The position numbers and the translations under genes are program-made. This document shows positions 1-7,835 of a stretch of 26,484 nt of DNA, piece after piece. The stretch spans positions 1 to 26,484 of the forward strand of contig CAYUBO010000001.1 in NCBI GenBank assembly GCA_964443095.1, in the 5' to 3' direction. Origin of the DNA: an uncultured Candidatus Peribacteria bacterium (GTDB taxonomy: Bacteria; Patescibacteriota; Gracilibacteria; Peribacterales; Peribacteraceae). The notes beneath the pieces were generated by a model. The model did not search any database and had not been told where the DNA came from. It saw only the letters and a program-made list of their open reading frames with translations. The number at the start of each line of letters is the position of its first letter. The first letter of the stretch is position 1.

Positions 1-1143
1 CTCGCGATCCCATTACTGATACTTCTTCTGCTCTGCATGGAGAGAAAAAAATGGATAGCTTTCTGGATATGCGCCATCTTGCTTCTTTCCGTAAAAGAAG
101 ACATGCCCTTGCTTCTACTCTTCTATACCCCACTCATATTTGTAAGAGGTTCAAAAAAGCATTCGATCATTCTTGTTGTAGTATGCATTGCATATTGGTT
201 TTTCGTATCCAAAGGGATAGAAATGATATTCGGGCAAGCTGTGGGCTCTGACGTAAACCATAGGTACGGCTACTTAGGAAGAACTCCAAACGAAATAGTT
301 ACCACAGTCATAACCGAACCAACGAAGTGGCTCTCTACGCTGAGAGCTCCTAAGCAATTCGCTTATTTGTACTATCTATTCATACAAGGTTTATTTATGG
401 CTGTGCTATCTCCACTTGCACTACTCGGTGCCATCCCAAATATTGCACAGAACACACTCAGTAGCCTAGATTTCCAGAAATCTCTCAGTGGCGCTTACTA
501 CTCTGGAATTGTAATAACAAGCATCTACATTGCCTGTTTATATTCATTACGCAATCGTAGTAGCCTGTTTATTAAAGCCCTACTAACTGCATTCATAATT
601 CAAATATTTGTCATAACACTTGTAATGAGTCCATTACCATATGGCATACGGAACGAATGGATTGAGGTGATGCCAACCCACCGAATATCATCATTCAAAA
701 ACATGCTTTCATTGATTCCTGACAATGCTCCTGTAGGAACACAAAACAATTTGGGAGCACATCTCTCCGAACGAGATTTCATCGTAAAATATTCTCATTT
801 GTTCGATCAGGCCGATTACATACTTCTCCACACACAAATACCTCTTTATAAATTTAATGGACCTTACTTCAAAGCACACAGACAATTACTCTCTCATTCT
901 TTAGACGAGTTCGATACATATTCAAAGAACATGTTCTTTAAGAAGGATTTCGGGGTTCTCTCCTATGACCCTCCATTCTATCTCTTCAAACGAGATCACC
1001 CCCGCACTCTCAATCATACTGCTTACAAAAGTTCCCTGCATCATTTAAAGAATCTACGTTATTGTGCAGATGACACTAACGCAGCTCTGAATCCATGTCC
1101 TGATGACCCCATTCTCCCCACCAGTAACCCTTTAAAACAATAA
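1..1143 (+). CDS. DUF2079-like polytopic membrane protein (putative GT-C glycosyltransferase), 5'-truncated by the window edge
   Basis: Frame 1 is open from base 1 (LAIPLLILLLLC-MERKKW), collinear with the internal LAIPLLILTLLCMEKKRW of the downstream paralog, so ATG 37 is internal. Shares KEDMPLLL, QNNLGAHL and PPFYLFK motifs; many TM segments. Confidence 0.75.
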   Translation, partial: LAIPLLILLLLCMERKKWIAFWICAILLLSVKEDMPLLLLFYTPLIFVRGSKKHSIILVVVCIAYWFFVSKGIEMIFGQAVGSDVNHRYGYLGRTPNEIVTTVITEPTKWLSTLRAPKQFAYLYYLFIQGLFMAVLSPLALLGAIPNIAQNTLSSLDFQKSLSGAYYSGIVITSIYIACLYSLRNRSSLFIKALLTAFIIQIFVITLVMSPLPYGIRNEWIEVMPTHRISSFKNMLSLIPDNAPVGTQNNLGAHLSERDFIVKYSHLFDQADYILLHTQIPLYKFNGPYFKAHRQLLSHSLDEFDTYSKNMFFKKDFGVLSYDPPFYLFKRDHPRTLNHTAYKSSLHHLKNLRYCADDTNAALNPCPDDPILPTSNPLKQ

Positions 1144-1168
1144 TACAGATTTAATTCTTAGTATCTCT

Positions 1169-1174
1169 TATAAT
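1169..1174 (+). promoter_or_regulatory. Perfect -10 hexamer TATAAT 6 nt before ATG 1181 (leaderless-type promoter)
   Basis: ctct-TATAAT-ctaatt-ATG; no SD and no recognisable -35. Confidence 0.7.
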
Positions 1175-1180
1175 CTAATT

Positions 1181-2782
1181 ATGCGGTTTATTTCTTATAT
1201 TAGTCGAGATCGGAGCCTATGCATCATGATTGCATTCGCAATTACAATGACCTTGTATATTGGATTGCTTGCGATTCTCGATCACATTGGACTCAGAACA
1301 CAACTAAATGACCTTGGTCATGCCGAACAGGCCATATGGCAAGCAACACAAGGAAACTTCTCTATGCCACTGACAGACCCCGTCATGTTCCTTTCTAGAT
1401 TTACGACGCACGCGAACATAATTTATTACATTGTTGCAATCCCCTACTTCTTCTTCAAAAGCCCTATCACACTTCTCGTGATTTCTGCACTTGCTTTCGG
1501 TGCTGCAGGAATTTCAATGTATTTCTTGGCAAATACCGTATGTAAGAACAAAACCATCGCACTTGTCCTTGGTAGTGCCATGCTTCTAACTCCTATGATA
1601 CAGGAGACTGCGCTATATGATTTTCATGCGATTATTCTAGCTATTCCTCTCCTCATACTGACTCTGCTATGCATGGAAAAGAAGCGCTGGATTATCTTTT
1701 GGGTATTCGCGTCTCTTCTTCTGATGATAAAGGAAGACATGCCTCTACTGCTAATAGCTTTCAGTCCGCTTATTTTCCTTAGAGGATCCAGGAAGCACGC
1801 GATCATGCTGGTAATTGTTTCAATAACTTACTGGCTTGCAGTTACACACGGAACCGCATATTTCTTTGGCACTAGAGTTGCTGACGAATTCATCTTCACC
1901 AGGTATGCCTACCTTGGTGATTCTGCAAATGAAATTCTGTTGAATGCGATCCTTGAGCCACAAAGATGGATGGAGATAGCCGGTGCGGGTCTTCGCAAGC
2001 GCTACATTCTGTACCTCTTTATGCAGGGTGGATACTTAGCCATCTTCTCACCAATAGCACTTCTAGGATCCATTCCCAATTTTGCACAGAACGTCATGAG
2101 TGCAGCATACCTTCCCCATGCAATAGCAGGAACGTACCACTCAGGGATCATCCTGCTAACGATATACATCGGCTGCGTCTATACATTTAGAAAACTCAAA
2201 CCTCGTTTAAGAAAAATTGTTCTCTCACTATTTGTTGTACAGGTACTCTTGATCACTATTGTGATGAGCCCGATGCCGTATGGAAAGTTCTCTACGTGGA
2301 AAGACTACATGCCTGTTCACAACACTAGCAGATTGCGAGAGATGCTTTCGTTAATTCCAAAAGATGCAGCGGTCGCAGCACAGAACAATCTTGGAGCTCA
2401 TCTCGCATCTAGAGATATCATTGTGAAGCGCCCAGAGTTTTTTGACTACACTGACTACATCGTCCTGAATGTACAGATCCCCGTCTCTCACTTTAACGAT
2501 CTGATGATTCGCTCGCATGCAATGATCGTGGGACATACAATTCCCATCTACAATGATTTTGTGAAAGAGATGTTTGAAAAGGAGGGCTACGGAATCCTAT
2601 ATTACATGCCTCCTTTCTACCTCTTTAAAAAAGGCTACCCTCAGACGATGAATGCGATTGCAGAGATCAACGCCTTACGTGACCTTACTTACTTCCGCTA
2701 CTGCGAGAACAACATCAATGCCGCACTGGGGAACTGTCCGAATGCACCTCTATCACGTAAGCCCAACTTCTGGAGAAACTGA
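1181..2782 (+). CDS. DUF2079-like polytopic membrane protein (putative GT-C glycosyltransferase)
   Basis: 533 aa. N-terminal NDLGHAEQAIWQ acidic loop after TM1, LYDFHA, IKEDMP motifs, about 10 TM segments and a soluble C-terminal domain; this pattern matches DUF2079 proteins as I know them. Confidence 0.75.
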   Translation: MRFISYISRDRSLCIMIAFAITMTLYIGLLAILDHIGLRTQLNDLGHAEQAIWQATQGNFSMPLTDPVMFLSRFTTHANIIYYIVAIPYFFFKSPITLLVISALAFGAAGISMYFLANTVCKNKTIALVLGSAMLLTPMIQETALYDFHAIILAIPLLILTLLCMEKKRWIIFWVFASLLLMIKEDMPLLLIAFSPLIFLRGSRKHAIMLVIVSITYWLAVTHGTAYFFGTRVADEFIFTRYAYLGDSANEILLNAILEPQRWMEIAGAGLRKRYILYLFMQGGYLAIFSPIALLGSIPNFAQNVMSAAYLPHAIAGTYHSGIILLTIYIGCVYTFRKLKPRLRKIVLSLFVVQVLLITIVMSPMPYGKFSTWKDYMPVHNTSRLREMLSLIPKDAAVAAQNNLGAHLASRDIIVKRPEFFDYTDYIVLNVQIPVSHFNDLMIRSHAMIVGHTIPIYNDFVKEMFEKEGYGILYYMPPFYLFKKGYPQTMNAIAEINALRDLTYFRYCENNINAALGNCPNAPLSRKPNFWRN

Positions 2783-2789
2783 TTTTATG

Positions 2790-2866
2790 TGGTCGGGGTG
2801 GCCGGACTTGAACCGGCGACCTCGTCGTCCCGAACGACGCACTCTAGCCAACTGAGCTACACCCCG
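2790..2866 (-). tRNA. tRNA-Pro(CGG)
   Basis: Reverse complement CGGGGTG TA GCTC AGTTGGCTA GAGT G CGTCG TT-CGG-GA CGACG AGGTC GCCGG TTCAAGT CCGGC CACCCCG A CCA: full 77-nt cloverleaf with encoded CCA. Confidence 0.97.
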
Positions 2867-2892
2867 AAATTAATGCCATCCTATCTAAAAAA

Positions 2893-3606
2893 CTAGAAAT
2901 AGAAAGGATTGAAGTTTGTCTTTTTGTCATAAAAATCCTCATGCTCCTTCCTCTTAAGATACCAAGCTACATGATACGTAACCGGAACTAATATAGCTTC
3001 ATAAAGCACTTTAATTACAAACAAAGAAACAATCAGACTTACCGCAATATTCCAGGAAAAGACTCCAAAGATGCATGCTATTCCAATGAATAAGACAGTA
3101 TCGATTGCTTGACCTACCAGCGAGGATCCAATTATTCGCCACCAAAGATGCTTACCTTGCATACCCACCTTCATTTTTGCCAGAACATACGAATTACTTA
3201 ATTCACCAAGGAAAAACCCTACTAAACTTGCAATCATTATTCCCCCTTTTAAAACACCTCCGAAAATCTGATCAAATGCTTCTGTTGTTGTATGAGAAGA
3301 GTCGCCAGGCATCCAACTCACAACTGTTAAGAACAAGCTTGTAAAAAGAGCTGCGAAACAAGCGAGCCACACCATCCTCCTCAACCTCGCATACCCATAT
3401 ACCTCAGTCACAATATCTCCCATTATGTAAGTTATCGGGAAAATAATCGTTCCTGCGGAGATTAGTATCGGCATATTGAAAAAACTTAGTTTGATATCTA
3501 TTACTTTCGCAGCTGAAGCAATATTGCTTAGCAAAAACACCACTACAAACAGCACAAGTAGCATGTCGTAGCATTTATAGGCCTTTCCGTCGTGTACAAA
3601 GCACAT
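2893..3606 (-). CDS. yhhQ: Queuosine precursor transporter (VUT/YhhQ family)
   Basis: SNIASAK, AGTIIFPITYIMGDIVTEVYGY, IASLVGFFLGELSN, RIIGSSLVGQAIDT and KVLYE motifs; about 6-7 TM. Confidence 0.9.
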   Translation of the reverse strand: MCFVHDGKAYKCYDMLLVLFVVVFLLSNIASAAKVIDIKLSFFNMPILISAGTIIFPITYIMGDIVTEVYGYARLRRMVWLACFAALFTSLFLTVVSWMPGDSSHTTTEAFDQIFGGVLKGGIMIASLVGFFLGELSNSYVLAKMKVGMQGKHLWWRIIGSSLVGQAIDTVLFIGIACIFGVFSWNIAVSLIVSLFVIKVLYEAILVPVTYHVAWYLKRKEHEDFYDKKTNFNPFYF

Positions 3607-3964
3607 CAGCGAAAAATTTTACTCTGTAGCTAGGGACAAAGAAAGTTACTTAACGATAAGACGCTTAACCAAAAGGATCTCAGAAATTTCGGAACCTGGC
3701 TTGAGAGTTTATAAAGAACTCGTTTTGCCAAAAGAGCCCTAGTTTAAAAGGATATCAAACCACAGTATCTGACTTTTTGTATACATTATTTATACACAAA
3801 ACCACCAAGAATCAGGTCAGTGCAAGACTGCCCCATAATTTGGATTGAGCCCTAAGTACTGCCACCAAGTATATCTTTACGTCATCAAATGAGAAGCTGT
3901 CAAAGGTTACTAGACAACCGTATCTCTCCCCGTACACTGCCCCACTCTCCTCTAAAACCTTAGA

Positions 3965-4081
3965 ATGATATATACAGTGAAGTACTTACTTCGCCATGCA
4001 TCCTTTCCGCCCGTGGTTCTCCACGTGCTCCTCATCACCCTTTACTCATTCATCATGGTGGTGAGACTCCCTCTCAGTTAG
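3965..4081 (+). CDS. Putative 38-aa Leu/Val/Ile-rich leader peptide or membrane micropeptide (MIYTVKYLLRHASFPPVVLHVLLITLYSFIMVVRLPLS); alternative GTG start at 3977
   Basis: Translated by hand (below the ORF-track cutoff); 17 of 38 residues are L/V/I; lies within a strongly structured RNA that ends in a terminator. Confidence 0.4.
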   Translation: MIYTVKYLLRHASFPPVVLHVLLITLYSFIMVVRLPLS

Positions 4082-4162
4082 GAGAGTAGTAGGATGCAAC
4101 GAGCCCCGTAAGGGAAAACATAAACCTCTCGCAAAAAGTGCAGCGGCACCGAGGGGCTTTTG
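3997..4162 (+). ncRNA. Unclassified multi-stem structured RNA (attenuator-like)
   Basis: TGCATCCT 3997-4004 / AGGATGCA 4091-4098; CGTGG-TTCT-CCACG 4012-4025; CTCATCACC 4031-4039 / GGTGGTGAG 4057-4065; CTCTC-AGTTAG-GAGAG 4071-4086; CCC-GTAA-GGG 4105-4114; terminal stem 4125-4156. G-U pairs work only on the + strand. Confidence 0.55.
4125..4162 (+). terminator. Intrinsic terminator-like hairpin
   Basis: CCTCTCG-CAAAAA-GTGC-AGCG-GCAC-CGAGGGG then CTTTTG; could also act, more weakly, on the convergent gene ending at 4181. Confidence 0.55.
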
Positions 4163-4180
4163 ACCCTATTTTATTCTTGA

Positions 4181-4681
4181 CTACCTCTCAGTTACTTTCA
4201 TAGTACCCTCCGCAACGTGTTGAGCTGGTGCGGGATTCCCATCATCTTTCTCAAGAGTGATAATTACCTTTAGCATATCCCTCAAATCGTCATCTCCGAT
4301 GAATGTTAGAAAGTGCCTCGAATCTCCAAGCTTATTTACAAGGTGCCCTGTGCTGATTGTTTTCCCACCCTTTGTAAGCCATCCCTCATAGAAGTATCCA
4401 TCCTCTGCAGGCTTGATGTTTAACTGTATTGCGTGACCAAAGGTACCATCCTGGAAGAAGTGTGCCTGAGCAACACCATTGGCGGCCACACCCTTCACTC
4501 CTGTCATAGACCCAATGGCAAACCATGTCTCTTCACCATGCTTCGGATCAACCATCTTCCCTCCGGTCGGCATTGCCTGCTGAACCTGATGCACACCTTG
4601 TGACTTCTCAACTACAACTCCCTTGTCACAACCCATGAGAAGCAGGGGCAGAAGCAGAAGCGGTAATAGCAATCTATACAT
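4181..4681 (-). CDS. Lipoprotein with anti-sigma-K factor RskA-like C-terminal domain
   Basis: Signal peptide II with lipobox LLMG-C; YEGWL, STG and ITLEKDDGNPAP motifs resemble the RskA beta-sandwich domain. Confidence 0.65.
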   Translation of the reverse strand: MYRLLLPLLLLPLLLMGCDKGVVVEKSQGVHQVQQAMPTGGKMVDPKHGEETWFAIGSMTGVKGVAANGVAQAHFFQDGTFGHAIQLNIKPAEDGYFYEGWLTKGGKTISTGHLVNKLGDSRHFLTFIGDDDLRDMLKVIITLEKDDGNPAPAQHVAEGTMKVTER

Positions 4682-4703
4682 ATAAAAGGAGGAACGGCGG
4701 TGC

Positions 4704-4712
4704 AGTATAGCA
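4704..4712 (-). promoter_or_regulatory. Extended -10 promoter (TGc-TATACT) for the RskA-like lipoprotein gene
   Basis: Coding strand gTGcTATACTgcaccgccgttcctccttttatATG. Confidence 0.55.
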
Positions 4713-4735
4713 CGTAAGATCTATCCACAAGAGTT

Positions 4736-6742
4736 TTACCAAAGGAATCCCGGTGGCCTGGCTTTCAGGCGCTCTCTTTCGAGTCTTGAATGGAAATCTG
4801 CACGTGCAGCTAGAACCTGATAGAAGGGCGCATCTTTGTAATAGAGTTTCGAAAGCCCCTCAGCAAGCCCCACCGTACCCTCAGCATTCGGTGAAAGAGC
4901 AACGAAGTGGCTATTCCTCTGAACGGCCAGTGCAAACTCCTGAAGAAGGGTATCAAATTCTTCTCTGCGATTATCAACATCTTCTCTCTTCTTAAGAGTA
5001 ATCATCGTTTTGATCAATCTGTTAGCAATATCAACATCGTTGTACTTGCCATAGTTATACGCCTGCGTATACGAATTGAATGCTTTTTGATAATCCTTCA
5101 CGGCAAATGAGATATCTCCCTGCCTCTTCCACGCTCTGTAATCTTTAGAATTGTCCTGGAAGTAATCGTCCAGAGCACCCTGTGCCTCCTCCATCTGCAT
5201 ATTCTCGTAATAGATCTTGGTGCGGCTCAAATCCATGTCTCGCTTAAATTTCTCAAGTTGGGATCTCTCATACCAGGTTATGGCAGTATCCGTATCTCCT
5301 CTCGCTTCTGCATGACGCCCGAACGACGACGTTGTAAGGAATACACCCTCATAAAAAGCAACCACAAGAAGGGCCGTGACAAGAACCAGTTCGGTTAAAT
5401 ACGCGACGCGTTTTGACATCGCTTTGCGCTCGACCGGTATCAATGGAAATGCAAGAAAGGCAACGAATAACCAGAACGGAAGAGCTATGCCTACAAACTG
5501 CAGATTGAAATCTACAAGGTTGTGCAAAATCACTCCTGAAATAGCAACAAAGAGTGCTGCCCTGAATGAGAACACATTCAATTCTTTATCTTTTTCATAG
5601 ATGCTCTTTGCTGTAAACAGCATTACCCATCCAAGCATGATGAAGAACAGAACCATTGGAATGACCCCCCGCTCCATTCCAAGCTTCAGAAAAACATTAT
5701 GAGGATGGTCTGATGTCTGAAGTACTCCTTCCTGCATTCTTGGCTGAATAAATCTGAAGCTGTATGGACCCCACCCAAAAACAGGCCTCTCAAGCATCAA
5801 CGTTCCCGCCTGCACCCAAAACTGTGCTCTCTCTCCAATTGATGATGATCCTTCATCCGCAGTAAATGTAACCTTGCTCTTAACATCCTGTACCTCATAG
5901 AAATGGGAACGGACACTATTCCCTCCAAGAAATACAAGAAATGCTACAGCAGCAACTAAGACAGCTACCGGGAAAACTTTTTCCCATGCGAATCTTTTTC
6001 CATGATGGAAATACAAAACAGAAGTCCACAAAACAAGCTGAATAACAGAAGCAATTATCGCTGCGCGTGAATAGCTTAATAAGAAACATCCAACAACAAG
6101 ACCGAATATCGCACTGCGTACGAGAAGTTCTACTCTGCCTCTTACCGAATTGTTGTTGATGTTGTAATTCTTGAGAGCCCAATACAGAACAACTGGCCAG
6201 ACAAGAAGAAGATACTGCGCCCATGCATTTGGCCAATAGTCTGTGTGGAATCTATGATCAAAGAATGTTCCGACTGCCCTATTGACCGGTTGGAAGACAT
6301 ATACAAAGAGTCCAACTGTGCATGCGATGATTGTTACTATTGATAGAGCTCGGATAAGTTCTCCGTGAAGTTTTACATCTCCTCCGCGACGGACAATCCA
6401 GAGAAACAGCAGAACAAAAGATGTCGTTCGCAAAACTTCATCTAGACCATAGTTTCCCGTTGTCGATAAAAAGAAGCTGGCGATTGTCCATCCTACAAAG
6501 GAAATCAAAGCCACCCACAACCACATTGGAACATGGTCTTTCACATCGGGCTCCATAGATTTCCTGTCCCTGAGAAATGTCATCCACAGAAGGAATGCTG
6601 TAACTCCGGTTAGTATCCACGTCATCTCCAGACTCTTCCCTCCACGCCATAAAACTGCCAATCCACAGAATATTACTAGAATCCACTGACTGGTTGCCTC
6701 ACATTCGAGGGTACGCAGACGCTCACGAGAAAGAAATCTCAT
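4736..6742 (-). CDS. O-antigen ligase/PglL-like membrane protein with C-terminal TPR repeats
   Basis: LLSYSRAAI, ERAQFW, RPVFGWGPYSF and HPHNVFLKLGMERG (Wzy_C/WaaL signature) plus a helical TPR tail. Start at ATG 6742 (MRFL) preferred to 6760 because a promoter-like TGc-AAAGAT sits 6 nt upstream. Confidence 0.8.
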   Translation of the reverse strand: MRFLSRERLRTLECEATSQWILVIFCGLAVLWRGGKSLEMTWILTGVTAFLLWMTFLRDRKSMEPDVKDHVPMWLWVALISFVGWTIASFFLSTTGNYGLDEVLRTTSFVLLFLWIVRRGGDVKLHGELIRALSIVTIIACTVGLFVYVFQPVNRAVGTFFDHRFHTDYWPNAWAQYLLLVWPVVLYWALKNYNINNNSVRGRVELLVRSAIFGLVVGCFLLSYSRAAIIASVIQLVLWTSVLYFHHGKRFAWEKVFPVAVLVAAVAFLVFLGGNSVRSHFYEVQDVKSKVTFTADEGSSSIGERAQFWVQAGTLMLERPVFGWGPYSFRFIQPRMQEGVLQTSDHPHNVFLKLGMERGVIPMVLFFIMLGWVMLFTAKSIYEKDKELNVFSFRAALFVAISGVILHNLVDFNLQFVGIALPFWLFVAFLAFPLIPVERKAMSKRVAYLTELVLVTALLVVAFYEGVFLTTSSFGRHAEARGDTDTAITWYERSQLEKFKRDMDLSRTKIYYENMQMEEAQGALDDYFQDNSKDYRAWKRQGDISFAVKDYQKAFNSYTQAYNYGKYNDVDIANRLIKTMITLKKREDVDNRREEFDTLLQEFALAVQRNSHFVALSPNAEGTVGLAEGLSKLYYKDAPFYQVLAARADFHSRLERERLKARPPGFLW

Positions 6743-6797
6743 ACCCCTATCTTTGCACAAAATACTTGCTTGCGTTAGTAGTTATCACAAACTTAGA

Positions 6798-6884
6798 TGG
6801 TGCCGAAGGAGAGATTTGAACTCTCACGGGGTTGCCCCCACACGCTTCTGAAGCGTGCGCGTCTACCAATTCCGCCACTTCGGC
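6798..6884 (-). tRNA. tRNA-Leu(CAG)
   Basis: Reverse complement GCCGAAG TG GCGGAATTGGTAGACGC G CACGC TT-CAG-AA GCGTG, long variable arm GGGG-GCAA-CCCC, GAGAG TTCAAAT CTCTC, CTTCGGC A CCA; 87 nt. Confidence 0.97.
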
Positions 6885-6967
6885 TCGCTGCTCATTCTCC
6901 CAATCTTATTAACTAACCGCAACAGCATTAGATCAAAAGTTAACTATTGTACTTATAAGCATGAATA

Positions 6968-6995
6968 TTGACACTCTAACTTAATAGGGTATACT
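6968..6995 (+). promoter_or_regulatory. Near-consensus sigma70 promoter TTGACA-N16-TATACT
   Basis: Read directly at 6968-6973 and 6990-6995. Confidence 0.8.
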
Positions 6996-7004
6996 TACAG
7001 CTCA

Positions 7005-7064
7005 ATGCTTTGTTGCATGCACCAATATTGGAATGATTTTTTGCCCCTGAACAGGCGGAGCTAA
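7005..7064 (+). CDS. Putative 19-aa leader peptide MLCCMHQYWNDFLPLNRRS
   Basis: ATG 9 nt after the -10 box; the stop TAA 7062-7064 falls inside the 5' arm of the long leader hairpin. Confidence 0.4.
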   Translation: MLCCMHQYWNDFLPLNRRS

Positions 7065-7117
7065 ACGTATAACATCTCAATTTTGTTAGCCGCCCTGATC
7101 AGGGGAGGTGTTTTTTG
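7044..7117 (+). promoter_or_regulatory. Attenuator-like leader: long hairpin 7044-7105 mutually exclusive with a terminator-like hairpin 7089-7109 plus T tract
   Basis: CCCCTGA/TCAGGGG, GGCGG/CCGCC and CTAA/TTAG pairings versus GCC.CCCT-GATC-AGGG..GGT followed by GTTTTTT. Confidence 0.5.
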
Positions 7118-7118
7118 T

Positions 7119-7826
7119 ATGTCTACTTTTATGAAAACTCTTGGCATCATTGGCGGCATGGGTCCACAGGCCAGCATACGGTTCATGGAACTCGTCATAC
7201 AAAAATGTACCAATGATTTTGGCATCCAAAAAAATGAAGAATTTCCCCGTATTCTTTTGAGTAACCTTCCTGCACCGGACATTATATCCGACCGATCACG
7301 TGAAACAGATGCAGGATCTATGATCAGACAAGAAGCGCTTTGTCTTGAAAATGCCGGTGCTGACTTTCTTGTTATGACTTGCAATACAATGCACTTACTC
7401 AAAAAGCAGATCACAGAAAACGTATCTATTCCTTTTTTATCAATCATTGATACTGTTGTTCAACATGTAGTCTTAAAACAGATTAAGTGCGTTGGCCTTC
7501 TTGGCTCAATTACAACCATGACATCAGACTTGTACATTGCCCCACTTACAGATGCAGGTATCAATGTAATCATTCCAGGGGCAAATGACAGAGCTATTGT
7601 TGGTAATTGCATAATGAGTGTAATTGCAGGCACTTCTTCTATAGAAGATTCGTTAGCTATCCAATCAATTATAAGAAAACTGGAACGGAACGGTACGGGT
7701 TCTGTAATCCTCGGGTGCACGGAACTACCACTTTTGATAAGGCAAAATATGACTCCTGTTCCAATCCTTGACAGCTTAGATCTCTTAGCAGATGCTTCGT
7801 GCAGAGAGATTTTCAGAGTTTCCTGA
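7119..7826 (+). CDS. Aspartate/glutamate racemase family protein (PLP-independent)
   Basis: LGIIGGMGPQAS, VMTCNTMH and ILGCTELP with both catalytic Cys. Start ATG 7119 (or 7131) rather than TTG 7083. Confidence 0.9.
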   Translation: MSTFMKTLGIIGGMGPQASIRFMELVIQKCTNDFGIQKNEEFPRILLSNLPAPDIISDRSRETDAGSMIRQEALCLENAGADFLVMTCNTMHLLKKQITENVSIPFLSIIDTVVQHVVLKQIKCVGLLGSITTMTSDLYIAPLTDAGINVIIPGANDRAIVGNCIMSVIAGTSSIEDSLAIQSIIRKLERNGTGSVILGCTELPLLIRQNMTPVPILDSLDLLADASCREIFRVS

Positions 7827-7835
7827 TTATCAATT

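Noticed and set aside
3622-3641. preQ1-I riboswitch-like hairpin upstream of yhhQ (minus strand CTTTG-TCCCTAGCTA-CAGAG, sharing CTAGCTACA with the Bacillus queC aptamer)
   Set aside because: The loop lacks the ligand-pairing C, the tail is T-rich rather than A-rich, and a TAAAAT -10 just downstream would leave the hairpin untranscribed.
3812-3937. 41-aa minus-strand ORF (GTG start) preceded by GAGGAG
   Set aside because: SD motifs do not appear to be used in this window; no promoter or recognisable motif; length compatible with chance.
3996-4064. 22-aa peptide ending in Trp-Trp (trpL-like)
   Set aside because: The stop follows WW immediately, so stalled and terminating ribosomes would mask the same RNA; the L/V/I-rich frame fits the stem logic better. 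Kept only as a secondary hypothesis.
3970-4165. 6S RNA, SRP, RNase P, tmRNA, T-box, glycine or c-di-GMP riboswitch identity for the structured RNA
   Set aside because: Only short fragments resemble these (GCAGCGGCAC, CTCTCAG); the required end-to-end pairing or conserved cores are absent.
2790-6884. Integrated element at tRNA-Pro or tRNA-Leu
   Set aside because: No integrase and no duplicated tRNA 3' end found; CGGCACC at 4144-4150 is only 7 bp and in the wrong orientation.
2780-7826. Genetic code 25 (TGA = Gly) as in Gracilibacteria/Absconditabacteria
   Set aside because: TGA ends genes at natural positions (2780-2782 just before the tRNA; 7824-7826 after a complete racemase), and long conserved genes need no TGA read-through.
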